Source of the DNA: an uncultured virus (IMG/VR IMGVR_UViG_3300032326_001267)
Taxonomy: Duplodnaviria > Heunggongvirae > Uroviricota > Caudoviricetes
IMG/VR virus record: IMGVR_UViG_3300032326_001267
DNA length: 64,000 nucleotides
Strand: one strand, 5' to 3'
A program made the translations under genes and the position numbers. Below the pieces are notes generated by a model. It was not told the DNA's origin. It saw nothing but the letters and a program-made list of their open reading frames with translations, and did no database searches. The stretch's first letter is position 1. Every line of letters begins with the position of its first letter. Positions 21,268 through 30,518 of the stretch are shown piece after piece.

Positions 21268-22182
21268 TTATATTTGAAATTCTTTTTCAAACCGTTCAAT
21301 AGCATAGTCTTTAGCCTTGAATTCAAACTCATAATCAACGCCGTCCATGTCAACATATTCTTCAGGAATACTACGAACATAATCACCATGCGCACGTGGA
21401 TTTTTGTTGATTGGATCATTGTCACTAAAATGAAATAGAGGACGATACTTACCCCATGTTGACATAGCCAACTTCATTGCATCCTTAGAAGACAATTTAC
21501 CGTTGTTACAACGAAAATGAAGATTGTCATACGTGATAGGAATGCCAGTATTTGAATAAATCAAATCATATAATTCATCTACTTTCCAACTGTTAGGTTT
21601 GTCTTCATTCTCAAGAACAAGACGAGACTTAACATTTACAGGAAAATCATTGTATACATCAATGAACCGTTTAGCAATATCCTTGGTGTCACCTTTGTAA
21701 CAATTCATATGAATATTGATTGGAGCTTCATATGATTGTGGTAGACCAAACAAATCCATCACAGTAGCATGATTTTTTAGTTCTACAATAGACTTCTGCA
21801 CAACTGATGCATTAGCAGAAGCAGGTACCACAAATTGATCTGGATGAGTAGAACACCGTACTTTATTTTTTGTAATAATTTCTGAACCAAGTTTAAACAT
21901 TTCATAAATTTTATTTTTATCTGGGAGAATATCAAATGACAAATTTGCTTCTGGCAATGTAGCCAATGGAAACAAATCACTGCTGATACGGTAATTCCAT
22001 CCTTTACTTGCACACAATGAAATGATTTGTACCGTAGTAGATACATTGTTCAGTGTACGTTTGGATACAGTGTCAACAGCACTTTTACGTTCCAAAGCAA
22101 GAAACCGTGTCTTTGTCATGGTGTTTGCTTTGATACCTTTTTCTTGCAACTGCAAGGAAATACAACATAGAGATTTTTTCAT
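21268..22182 (-). CDS. uvsE: UV-damage endonuclease (UvsE/UVDE)
   Basis: YRISSDLFP, STHPDQF, NIH, RLVLENED, DNLH, FHFS, AHGDY, EFKAKD. Confidence 0.9.
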   Translation of the reverse strand: MKKSLCCISLQLQEKGIKANTMTKTRFLALERKSAVDTVSKRTLNNVSTTVQIISLCASKGWNYRISSDLFPLATLPEANLSFDILPDKNKIYEMFKLGSEIITKNKVRCSTHPDQFVVPASANASVVQKSIVELKNHATVMDLFGLPQSYEAPINIHMNCYKGDTKDIAKRFIDVYNDFPVNVKSRLVLENEDKPNSWKVDELYDLIYSNTGIPITYDNLHFRCNNGKLSSKDAMKLAMSTWGKYRPLFHFSDNDPINKNPRAHGDYVRSIPEEYVDMDGVDYEFEFKAKDYAIERFEKEFQI

Positions 22183-22189
22183 CTTTTTT

Positions 22190-22217
22190 ATTATAACAGC
22201 GGATTATAAAATGTCAA
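22190..22217 (-). promoter_or_regulatory. Sigma70-like promoter TTGACA-N16-TATAAT, 7 nt before the uvsE ATG
   Basis: Consensus hexamers read directly. Confidence 0.7.
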
Positions 22218-23392
22218 CGTCCAACTTCAGAGAAAAAGCTAGATTTGGCTTCTTCATAGGACATACCAATCATTTTATTATAATAAAGAATATCAGACTT
22301 TAAATTTCCCTCACTCTTTAACTTTTTATACCGTTCAATAGCCTTTGGTTTCCACCATTCCATAATAGCATCAGTATCCCGTTTAAAGAGTTCTTTCATC
22401 TTCAATTCATCTTCACCAATCTTGTTTTGTAGAAATTCCTTGGTGTTCTCATAAAAACAACTGTAATACACACCACGTTCATATCCATGCGTATAATCTG
22501 ATGTTTTAATATTGAGAGATTGAAAAATCATACTCAATACACGATTCTTTGCACCAGTAACGGGTCCACTAACACCATCTTTTTGTGTCATGGCTTTCTT
22601 GTATTCATCTGCTTTTTTCTCTTTAACCCATTGATGCCATGTATTGTACACACTATCATCTGGTTTGATTGTCATCTTACCAGTACTAGAACCACACTTA
22701 TGCCACCACTTCAAACTGTTATACATACTGTAACTACCATACAATGAAGTGGTTGTGATTCCTACAAGAGTTTGACCATATAGATCCTTCCAAATTTTTC
22801 TAGTTGCACTTGATGTAACCAAAGCAGCTACCAGTTTACCACCCAAGAAATTATAACCAAATGGTTGTGTACTCATAATACAACTGCCAATTGCACTATG
22901 TACCAACTTCTTATGTTCTAATTTATTTTCAGGAGTCCAACCAATATAATTGTCTCTATCTGTGATAGTAATTACATCACTTGAAATACTAACCACTCCT
23001 AAATAACGTGGATTGTTTTCATTACCGTCACTGATTAATAATTTAATAAATCTACCAGGAGTTTGTGCATATTCCATGGTATGACAAAATGTTCTCAACA
23101 TCACCCAATCAGTGTCAATTGGATCATCCACTACATGAACAACAGTTGGTTTAATTTGTTCAATTTCTTTAATTGTAAGTTCTTGATTGTTAATGTCAGT
23201 TGGTGTCCAAATTTTAGCTTTTGCTACACCAGATTTATTTATGTAACTGGATAACTGTTGTACTTCAACCCATTTTTTATAGAATGTCTGTTCTTCAGCA
23301 GACATGGATTTTAAAAAGTCAAGGTTTTTGATGAACTTGCGTTTTTCAATTTCAAAGTCAAAATCATCAGTGTCAAAAAATGGATTACTCAT
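22214..23392 (-). CDS. DUF4338/DruA-like protein
   Basis: PGR, RDNYIGW, QPFGYNFLGGKLVA, TTTSLYG..SMYN. Start taken at MSNPF (23392). Confidence 0.7.
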   Translation of the reverse strand: MSNPFFDTDDFDFEIEKRKFIKNLDFLKSMSAEEQTFYKKWVEVQQLSSYINKSGVAKAKIWTPTDINNQELTIKEIEQIKPTVVHVVDDPIDTDWVMLRTFCHTMEYAQTPGRFIKLLISDGNENNPRYLGVVSISSDVITITDRDNYIGWTPENKLEHKKLVHSAIGSCIMSTQPFGYNFLGGKLVAALVTSSATRKIWKDLYGQTLVGITTTSLYGSYSMYNSLKWWHKCGSSTGKMTIKPDDSVYNTWHQWVKEKKADEYKKAMTQKDGVSGPVTGAKNRVLSMIFQSLNIKTSDYTHGYERGVYYSCFYENTKEFLQNKIGEDELKMKELFKRDTDAIMEWWKPKAIERYKKLKSEGNLKSDILYYNKMIGMSYEEAKSSFFSEVGR

Positions 23393-23408
23393 ACTATTTA
23401 TATATACC

Positions 23409-23666
23409 ATGACTTTCAAAAAAATCAACCCTAAAGAAACAGTTTTCTATGTTTTTGAAACCTCCACCATTAAGTTTAGTATATTTGATGGTGAGATGGA
23501 TGAAGCTATTTATTGGGGAAATTGGAACATGGTGACGGCTATAGTAAAAAATATTAAAAAACAAAATCCCAACGTCAAATTCTATTATTATTCAAAAGAT
23601 AATAAAGAAAAAATGGTATTGGCCCCTGATTGGACCAATACCTTGAATACTGTTATTGCACCTTGA
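23409..23666 (+). CDS. Hypothetical protein
   Basis: ATG 23409 preceded by TATTTATA; fills the gap between two minus-strand genes. Confidence 0.55.
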   Translation: MTFKKINPKETVFYVFETSTIKFSIFDGEMDEAIYWGNWNMVTAIVKNIKKQNPNVKFYYYSKDNKEKMVLAPDWTNTLNTVIAP

Positions 23667-23850
23667 TATCTAATTTAATTACAGAGTATTTGGTTTCATC
23701 ATACATACCTGTATTAAACTCATACCAAATTTCTTTCTCACTCAAATGTACTTTGAGTAATTTTTTTGTTTTCAAACAAATTATGCCGTAAATGACAGCT
23801 ACATCAGAGTCATCACACGGCATTTTGTTTGTTATCTTTTTCTTAGGCAT
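23653..23850 (-). CDS. Hypothetical protein
   Basis: ATG 23850 overlaps the upstream gene's stop. Confidence 0.5.
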   Translation of the reverse strand: MPKKKITNKMPCDDSDVAVIYGIICLKTKKLLKVHLSEKEIWYEFNTGMYDETKYSVIKLDIKVQ

Positions 23851-24223
23851 TAACAGTTGTCTTTGACACTTCAACTTCTGTTTCTACTGGTGTTTCAGTA
23901 GGCTTGCTTGTAACGTCAAGTACCTTGACAGTATTATACTTATCATGAAGTACAACTTCTGCTTGACGTGCGGTAGCAAGAACATCCTCAGTTACTGGAT
24001 TCATTGCGAATGCCAACTTTGGACGACCCTTACCTCCATGAATAGTACCAATCTCAGCAACAGTACCATCATCAATGGCGTTCTTGAGACGTACACGAAG
24101 TGTAATGGGAATAAACTCCTTGTTTGTTTCCATTAGATCAGCAATAGTAAAATACTTGTCTGCTGATGGCCAGGTTACAGTTAGGTTTGTCTTGTTCTTA
24201 CGGTTTGTCTTCTTGTTACTCAT
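23843..24223 (-). CDS. Putative winged-HTH DNA-binding protein
   Basis: FTIADL..ITLRVRL..G.V...GKGRPKLAF, a wing GRP pattern. Confidence 0.55.
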   Translation of the reverse strand: MSNKKTNRKNKTNLTVTWPSADKYFTIADLMETNKEFIPITLRVRLKNAIDDGTVAEIGTIHGGKGRPKLAFAMNPVTEDVLATARQAEVVLHDKYNTVKVLDVTSKPTETPVETEVEVSKTTVNA

Positions 24224-24281
24224 ATTTTTTATGTTTTATTTTTTTGTTTATGTTTACTGGTTGAATCTCAACCTTGTAAAT

Positions 24282-24310
24282 ACTTTATATTATATCCTCC
24301 AAAATGTCAA
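24282..24310 (-). promoter_or_regulatory. Sigma70-like promoter TTGACA-N17-TAAAGT
   Basis: Read directly upstream of 24223. Confidence 0.6.
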
Positions 24311-26313
24311 TGACTTTTTTCAAGAAACATTCTGTTCATTGTTTTGGCAACCTGCAATAGATTGTTTGGATTAATGAATGAAGCATTTGTTCCATACATT
24401 TTCTTAAACAACTCTACAGAGTTTGGATTAACATAATCATTGCACTTAATAAAATAACTCAAAACAGAATACCCGTTATTCTTGATCTTTGTTACCTGTT
24501 TCTTGGTATGAAGAGCAGCAGATTCTTGACTATAACTGATACGATCACCGTTCTGTGTGGTATAGTTCATAGCTGGTTCACCATCACTGAAATTCAGAAA
24601 ATAATAATCTGAATCTGCGGATGTTTCCGGCAAATGTTTCATAATTGCTTCATATGACAATCCTTCTGGAGTAGATCCATTTGGACTCAAATATGGAAAC
24701 AATGACTTAATTTTACTGATCTTATCCACAGCAGAATCATATCCAATAATCACATAAGGATTAGAAGAACAATTACTGTTACTAGAATTAAATGTAGTTC
24801 TAAATGATACGGTAACCCTTAGATTATCAATCATAGAAGCAGCCTTACAAATTGCCACAACACTAGTAATAGTCTTTGTCCATTTGTCTCCTCTCATACT
24901 TGCACTTGCATCTACAGAAATATGAATGTATGAATGTTTATACTTTGAAACATCAATTGTATGAAATACATTTTCATTATCAAAAGACAGTTCAGATAAA
25001 ATTCTACGGTCAATCTTACCAACAGGCTTACGCATATACTTGGTATTATTAACTTCACTACGAATCTGCAGTTTACGCCCAAGAGCCGCACCCATCACCA
25101 ATCCAGCATTTACAGCCTTTTGGTTGTCTTGATTAATAACAGCAGTAGAATCATACCGTCCATTATAATGATTGTATACAACATATTTCAACGGAAATAC
25201 ATCAGTATCAATCAATTCTTTAGTCAATTTAGTTACAAGAATAGTATCAATACTGTAGTATCCATCTGATTTAAGATAATCAGATCCACTCTTTACCAGT
25301 GTCATTCCACTCTGTTCAATTGCGTCAAGAATCTTCTTCTCCTTTTTATTAACCCTCTTTTTCTTAATATTACCGTTCAAGAAATCTTTCTGTTTCTGAA
25401 TAGCTTTCTTGATTTGTTTATTTTTATTATCTGATACTTCAGGATCAAAACTACTATCATTCTTTACATCATTTGGCACTGGATCTGGATTTTCCCCACC
25501 CAATGCATCATCTACTGATTCTCCTTCTCCATTTAATCCATCTCCTGATTTACCACTATCTTTCTTTTTATGTTCAGTAATGTTACTAAGAATGATTTTA
25601 GCTACTTCCATAGCAACATTCAAACGGTCTTTTGGTGTAGTTAGCCGTTGAATATTAGAAAGATTAATTACCTTAGCAATTTCACGCAATCCAGGCAATG
25701 CATCCAAATCAGTATTTTCATTTGTAAAGTTAATCATACGAGTTTCATAACTTTCAATACAAGGCACACGATATAGATTGCTCTTTAACATCACTTTAAT
25801 CTTTGGACTATCAAAAAACTTCTCATACAACGCCAAATAATATCCACGATAGCCTGGAGCATTGTTATATACATACCAGTCAATATAACGATCTTCTACA
25901 TAGTTAAGACAGGTCTTAACCAAGACAGCTACTTCATCTTTACTAACTTGAAGTGGTTGTGCCAAATCATAAAGACTACGATCAACCTTTGTCCAAAGAG
26001 TCTTAACCAAATCAAAATCAGACAATATAACGTGACTACCTTCATGTAAGGCAAGTCCTACAGCAGGATCAAAGTCTGATTTTTCAAGAATATCTGCGGA
26101 CAAATATACAGTCTTACCATCAGTACAATTATCCTTACCTTCAGAACTAAAATAAACAGGAATAGATTTGCCTGTCAAAATATTAACAAAGTTACTTACA
26201 GCACGGCGTGCTACAGCCAACTTAATTAGATTGAAGTTTACAGATGAACCCGCATCAATATCATCTTGATAGATGTCATCATCATCCAACCAATAATCAC
26301 TGTAATTACTCAT
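24307..26313 (-). CDS. CobT/NorD-like VWA protein with N-terminal HExxH domain
   Basis: LHEGSH, NYVEDRYI, MIDAS motif DASASM, GSTPEG, FSDGEP. Confidence 0.8.
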   Translation of the reverse strand: MSNYSDYWLDDDDIYQDDIDAGSSVNFNLIKLAVARRAVSNFVNILTGKSIPVYFSSEGKDNCTDGKTVYLSADILEKSDFDPAVGLALHEGSHVILSDFDLVKTLWTKVDRSLYDLAQPLQVSKDEVAVLVKTCLNYVEDRYIDWYVYNNAPGYRGYYLALYEKFFDSPKIKVMLKSNLYRVPCIESYETRMINFTNENTDLDALPGLREIAKVINLSNIQRLTTPKDRLNVAMEVAKIILSNITEHKKKDSGKSGDGLNGEGESVDDALGGENPDPVPNDVKNDSSFDPEVSDNKNKQIKKAIQKQKDFLNGNIKKKRVNKKEKKILDAIEQSGMTLVKSGSDYLKSDGYYSIDTILVTKLTKELIDTDVFPLKYVVYNHYNGRYDSTAVINQDNQKAVNAGLVMGAALGRKLQIRSEVNNTKYMRKPVGKIDRRILSELSFDNENVFHTIDVSKYKHSYIHISVDASASMRGDKWTKTITSVVAICKAASMIDNLRVTVSFRTTFNSSNSNCSSNPYVIIGYDSAVDKISKIKSLFPYLSPNGSTPEGLSYEAIMKHLPETSADSDYYFLNFSDGEPAMNYTTQNGDRISYSQESAALHTKKQVTKIKNNGYSVLSYFIKCNDYVNPNSVELFKKMYGTNASFINPNNLLQVAKTMNRMFLEKSH

Positions 26314-26344
26314 ATATTTTGACAGGCAATGTTTTGTTTATTTA

Positions 26345-27316
26345 TTAGAACGGAGGTTGTTCTAGTGACTTAGCCAACGGATCTGAAAACAACTTGTCCT
26401 TAGTTTCAACCTTGACATACTTTTGAACCAATTGTTTTACATATGTCCGTTCACTATCCATACCTCCTTCAACCGCAAAGTTAGGATAAATGGCAGTCTC
26501 AGCAATTTCAAGCAAATTAAATCCATCCAAGATCAATTCTGAAATTTCAACGGTTGAACGAGTAGGAATAAAATTACTCAATTTACTGTCCTCACTCTTA
26601 ATCTGATCACGGGTATGAACTGCAATTTCAACAACCGCATTCAAAATATAAAGATGTTCCATTTCAGAAATATTGAAACGGTTCTTTAGATAGTTAAACT
26701 CAACATCTTTAGACAATGGACTCATTTCCAGTTTGACAGGAAAACGGCTCATCAAAGCACGGTCCATAACACGGGTAGAAGTATACTCATTACCAATATT
26801 AGCCGTACCAATGAAACATACACCTTCAGCTACACTAACCACTTCACTGTCCTTCTTTTCATCCAAACGAAGATAACGTTGTAGATCATCCAGAACAGTC
26901 ATCAATACATTCCAAGCATCATGATGCGCACGGCTAACTTCATCCATCAAGATAACAGCATTTGGAGTCTTAATAGCCTTAACAAAGGCGGATTCATTGA
27001 AGTAAGTACCAGTGTTCTTATCATAATGAGTATTACCAATAAGAGCACTACGAGCATCTTGGGTAGCACCAAGATTGAAATAAAAGTAAGGACGTTCTAG
27101 AGCCTTAGCTACAGTTTGAGCAGCCAATGTCTTGCCACATCCAGTAGGTCCAACGATAAGAATGTTCTTGCCACGCATTACACTACGTACAAGATACTTC
27201 CATTTAATTGAATCCATCACCAAAGAGGATGGCTTCAACTTGTCACAGTCCTTGATGAAGGACTTAACTTGAGATGCGTCAACGGTTACAAGATTCAGAG
27301 ATGATTTATTCTTCAT
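26345..27316 (-). CDS. MoxR/CobS/CbbQ-type AAA+ ATPase
   Basis: GPTGCGKT, ILMDEVSR, TANIGNEY, DRALMSRF. Confidence 0.9.
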   Translation of the reverse strand: MKNKSSLNLVTVDASQVKSFIKDCDKLKPSSLVMDSIKWKYLVRSVMRGKNILIVGPTGCGKTLAAQTVAKALERPYFYFNLGATQDARSALIGNTHYDKNTGTYFNESAFVKAIKTPNAVILMDEVSRAHHDAWNVLMTVLDDLQRYLRLDEKKDSEVVSVAEGVCFIGTANIGNEYTSTRVMDRALMSRFPVKLEMSPLSKDVEFNYLKNRFNISEMEHLYILNAVVEIAVHTRDQIKSEDSKLSNFIPTRSTVEISELILDGFNLLEIAETAIYPNFAVEGGMDSERTYVKQLVQKYVKVETKDKLFSDPLAKSLEQPPF

Positions 27317-27328
27317 ATTACAGAAGAC

Positions 27329-27357
27329 ACTCTACCACGGGTTTCTTTGAACGTCAA
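27329..27357 (-). promoter_or_regulatory. Sigma70-like promoter TTGACG-N17-TAGAGT (TG-extended)
   Basis: Read directly, 12 nt before ATG 27316. Confidence 0.7.
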
Positions 27358-27361
27358 CTCC

Positions 27362-27397
27362 AAAAATAAAAAAACTGCTAGTTTGACCTAGCAGTTT
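27362..27397 (-). terminator. Rho-independent terminator
   Basis: 10-bp stem AAACTGCTAG/CTAGCAGTTT followed by a minus-strand T tract. Confidence 0.8.
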
Positions 27398-27414
27398 CAT
27401 GTTTAAACTTAATT

Positions 27415-27729
27415 TTAATATCTGTGCCAGTGACCATGATAATGTCCGTGAACAACTACCACTGGTGCTGGTTGATAATAATAAACAGGTTGTGGAACAT
27501 ATACAACTTGTGGTGGTGGTACATATTGTACAACAGGAGCAGAGTGAACTACAACTGGTTGATTAACATATACAACTTGTGGTTGTGGAGGACATACAAT
27601 CCTTTCAACTACATGAAGAGCAGCTACACCAGTAAGAACTTTACCTACTACGGCCCACTCTCTGTCACCGGCTTTTACATTGGTAAGTGCTACAAATGCA
27701 GCCAAACCCAATGCGATTTTATTTTTCAT
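27415..27729 (-). CDS. Secreted Pro/Val/Tyr-rich small protein
   Basis: Signal peptide (VKA cleavage-like site), GDREWAVVGKVLTGV, PQVVYVPQP repeats, His-rich tail. Confidence 0.75.
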   Translation of the reverse strand: MKNKIALGLAAFVALTNVKAGDREWAVVGKVLTGVAALHVVERIVCPPQPQVVYVNQPVVVHSAPVVQYVPPPQVVYVPQPVYYYQPAPVVVVHGHYHGHWHRY

Positions 27730-27730
27730 A

Positions 27731-28387
27731 TTATTTCTTTTTGTTTGTTTTACCCTTGAATGTCTTTGGTTTGACAGTCAATTTCTTATCAGTTTGTTTA
27801 GGATACTTATAAGAAGCCTTTTCACCTTTAACACTATGATCCACTTGTTTCTTGATTTTGTCAACTGATTGCATTTGAGAATCTGGTAGATCTTTCTTGT
27901 CTTCTACTTGATCTACAACCTTTTCATCAGTTTCTTGTGGACCTTCTTCTTTCTTAGATTCTTTGTCCTTGCTGTTTTCAGCTGCTTTATTATAAGCTTT
28001 TTGGACATAATCTCCTACGTTTTCTTTTAGTGTTTCAGTTACATATTTCTTCAATTCTTCAAATGTAAGATTGAATTTCTTGGTTCTATCTGTATTATCT
28101 TTGAAATAAGTAACGGTAAAATTATCATCAGTCATTGGATAAATGCTGAAATGATGTGGGTTACAATAACAAACATTGTATCTTTTTGCATCATCCAATG
28201 TAACTTCTGCGTCTGATTTGATCTTTTTTACTGCATCAGCCAAATCTTGCATCTTTTCCGCAAGAGATTCTTGCTTTGTAATTTTGATTGCATCCAATGA
28301 TTCCTTGATCAAAGACTTCAATTTCTTTTCAAGTTTAACTTGAGTGACACATTCTCTGATTAATCTTTTTAAATCTTCTTTGTTCAT
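27731..28387 (-). CDS. Hypothetical charged late protein
   Basis: Start MNKEDLKRLIRE at 28387, preceded by TATTTATA. Confidence 0.7.
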   Translation of the reverse strand: MNKEDLKRLIRECVTQVKLEKKLKSLIKESLDAIKITKQESLAEKMQDLADAVKKIKSDAEVTLDDAKRYNVCYCNPHHFSIYPMTDDNFTVTYFKDNTDRTKKFNLTFEELKKYVTETLKENVGDYVQKAYNKAAENSKDKESKKEEGPQETDEKVVDQVEDKKDLPDSQMQSVDKIKKQVDHSVKGEKASYKYPKQTDKKLTVKPKTFKGKTNKKK

Positions 28388-28422
28388 ATGGTATAAATAT
28401 AGTCTAAGTATATAAATACAAT

Positions 28423-28452
28423 AAAAAACTGCCAACATTAAATTGTCAGTTT
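28423..28452 (-). terminator. Probable terminator
   Basis: AAACTGCCAA/TTGTCAGTTT stem with 1 mismatch and a minus-strand T tract. Confidence 0.45.
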
Positions 28453-28495
28453 AAATATAATATTTTTTTATTATACCCAGCAGATATATACATTT

Positions 28496-29092
28496 ATGAT
28501 GAATACTGACCAGTTTTATTCAAATGCAGGACAAGATGAATTTGCTTTTAAGCTCAATAACAAAAAAACCAACGGTTTTTACCTAGAAATAGGATGCGGT
28601 GATCCAACATTTGAGAATAATACCATATTTTTAGAATCCGTTGGATGGTCCGGTATATCAATTGATTATGTCAAATATGATTATAGCGGTAGAAAAAATA
28701 AATATTTCAATGAAAATGCACTTGAAATCAGCTACAAACATTTTTTAAGAGAAAATAATGCACCAAAAATCATTGATTATTTATCATTAGACATTGATTT
28801 GTCCACCACTGATTGTTTGTATAAACTTCCTTTAAATGAATACGTATTCAAAGTTATTACAATTGAACATGACTCATATAGATTTGGTGACAGTCCACGG
28901 TCTGCACAACGTAAACTATTAACTAATGCTGGTTATTATCTATTATGCGGTGATATAACTACCCCTCCACTATTTGAATACCAGTATTTTGAAGATTGGT
29001 GGGTACATCCATCATATATAAACATTTACAATTTTAAACATTTAAAATGTGAAAAAGAACAATCCAAGAATATACGGTCAAAGTTGGTTTAA
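28496..29092 (+). CDS. FkbM-like methyltransferase
   Basis: YSNAGQD, YLEIGCGDP...NNT, IDYLSLDID, ITIEHD, EDWWV. Confidence 0.75.
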   Translation: MMNTDQFYSNAGQDEFAFKLNNKKTNGFYLEIGCGDPTFENNTIFLESVGWSGISIDYVKYDYSGRKNKYFNENALEISYKHFLRENNAPKIIDYLSLDIDLSTTDCLYKLPLNEYVFKVITIEHDSYRFGDSPRSAQRKLLTNAGYYLLCGDITTPPLFEYQYFEDWWVHPSYINIYNFKHLKCEKEQSKNIRSKLV

Positions 29093-29871
29093 AAAAATGA
29101 TTCAGTACCATTAGAATCAACTTTTATCTCAATTATATCTTCTTTGTATCCACCAACTAAGGGGTAGGGGTGGGAGGGGTGCTTAAGAGATTTAACTAAC
29201 TTCTTATTTTCAATCTTATTGGAGATAAATTTGATATATCTGTGTTTACCGCTTTCCTTTTTTCTCCAAAATGTTCTGCCAATTCGTTCTTTTAACTTAT
29301 CCACATTATGTGTTTTCCACTTAGAAAATACTGTTCTGCTATGTATCCAATTATAGTCTGGCGGTCCACTAAGACTTACACTGTAATTAGGCATCAGTGC
29401 CACATCAACATAATTGTCTCCCTGATAAATAAATCCAGTTGCTTGGTAGATCTTACCAGTATGTCCCACTTCACTGTCCGCATAACTTAAAATACACTTA
29501 ATTTGCGGATAATCTGTGTTTATCTGTCTAAATGACTCAGCAATACAATAACTTTCAATGTTCTTACCATATCCATCCGCAATCCATAACCGTGTCAATT
29601 CTAACACATTATTGTTATTAAGTAATGGTGTGATGCTGTTACTAGCATTCCTACCCACACTGTTTCCATATACTAATACACCAATTAATTTTGAATTGAA
29701 TCCGCCAAAGAATGTGCTTTCTACATATTCTTTGTAATATACACCATACGCAACTGTACATAAAGTCCATTTATGCGTATAATGGTTCTTTATAATAAGA
29801 TTCTTTGCAATATTTTTATTAATTGACTTCAAATACACCAAAGATGTATCACAGTACTTTTCTTCTGTCAT
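29089..29871 (-). CDS. Mom-like (GNAT-fold) DNA adenine modification enzyme
   Basis: IIKNHY, LELTRLW, ESYCI, SYADSEVGHTGKIYQATGFIYQG, KHRY. Confidence 0.8.
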   Translation of the reverse strand: MTEEKYCDTSLVYLKSINKNIAKNLIIKNHYTHKWTLCTVAYGVYYKEYVESTFFGGFNSKLIGVLVYGNSVGRNASNSITPLLNNNNVLELTRLWIADGYGKNIESYCIAESFRQINTDYPQIKCILSYADSEVGHTGKIYQATGFIYQGDNYVDVALMPNYSVSLSGPPDYNWIHSRTVFSKWKTHNVDKLKERIGRTFWRKKESGKHRYIKFISNKIENKKLVKSLKHPSHPYPLVGGYKEDIIEIKVDSNGTESFF

Positions 29872-30121
29872 ATAACCAAATAAATGTTAAAATTGTACAG
29901 TTTAGCATAATTGATCCAATACTATTAACATAAACCCATAAACCAGAGTGACTTAGATGAGCATATACTAAAACACACACTTGACCCATGTTATTTAACC
30001 AATATGCAGGTGCGCTTAATCCTTTACTGTCTTTGGAAGAAATCAGTTTCCCTAATTGAAAACACGGCCCTAATAGAAATAGGACCGTGAATGCAATACC
30101 TAAAATTGATTTTAAACTCAT
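29849..30121 (-). CDS. PQ-loop/SemiSWEET-like 3-TM membrane protein
   Basis: ILG...FQLGKLISSKDSKGLS, three hydrophobic helices, N near TM3. FQ replaces PQ. Confidence 0.6.
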   Translation of the reverse strand: MSLKSILGIAFTVLFLLGPCFQLGKLISSKDSKGLSAPAYWLNNMGQVCVLVYAHLSHSGLWVYVNSIGSIMLNCTILTFIWLYDRRKVL

Positions 30122-30127
30122 GTAGCC

Positions 30128-30155
30128 ACTATACCAAACTGTCTTACTTTGTCAA
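30128..30155 (-). promoter_or_regulatory. Sigma70-like promoter TTGACA-N16-TATAGT, 6 nt before ATG 30121
   Basis: Read directly. Confidence 0.65.
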
Positions 30156-30518
30156 TTTCTTTTTGGATACTTTACTTTCTGCTAATTTTGAAATCAAATC
30201 ATTTGCTGCGTCTAACTTAATTTCTAATTCATTTAGTTCAGACTTTAACTTTTTATTTTCTTTCTTTTGTTCTTCCAACTCTTTCTTTATAGATTCATTT
30301 TCTTTCTTATAGACATTCAATTCACTTCTGATTGCTTCTCTATCTTTTCTACATTCTTCTAATTCTACCTTAACTTCAGTTCTCAACTTATCACTTGATT
30401 GATTAATCAATTTAACCAAATCAACTTTGGTCTTCTTAGACGAAATTCCGTAAGTTACTACAGAAGCTACTACAGCAGGTACAATTCCAATTAAAGTTAA
30501 AATAATATTTTGATCCAT
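30144..30518 (-). CDS. Single-TM coiled-coil protein, holin/lysis-like
   Basis: N-terminal TM helix, long coiled coil, basic C-terminus. Confidence 0.5.
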   Translation of the reverse strand: MDQNIILTLIGIVPAVVASVVTYGISSKKTKVDLVKLINQSSDKLRTEVKVELEECRKDREAIRSELNVYKKENESIKKELEEQKKENKKLKSELNELEIKLDAANDLISKLAESKVSKKKLTK

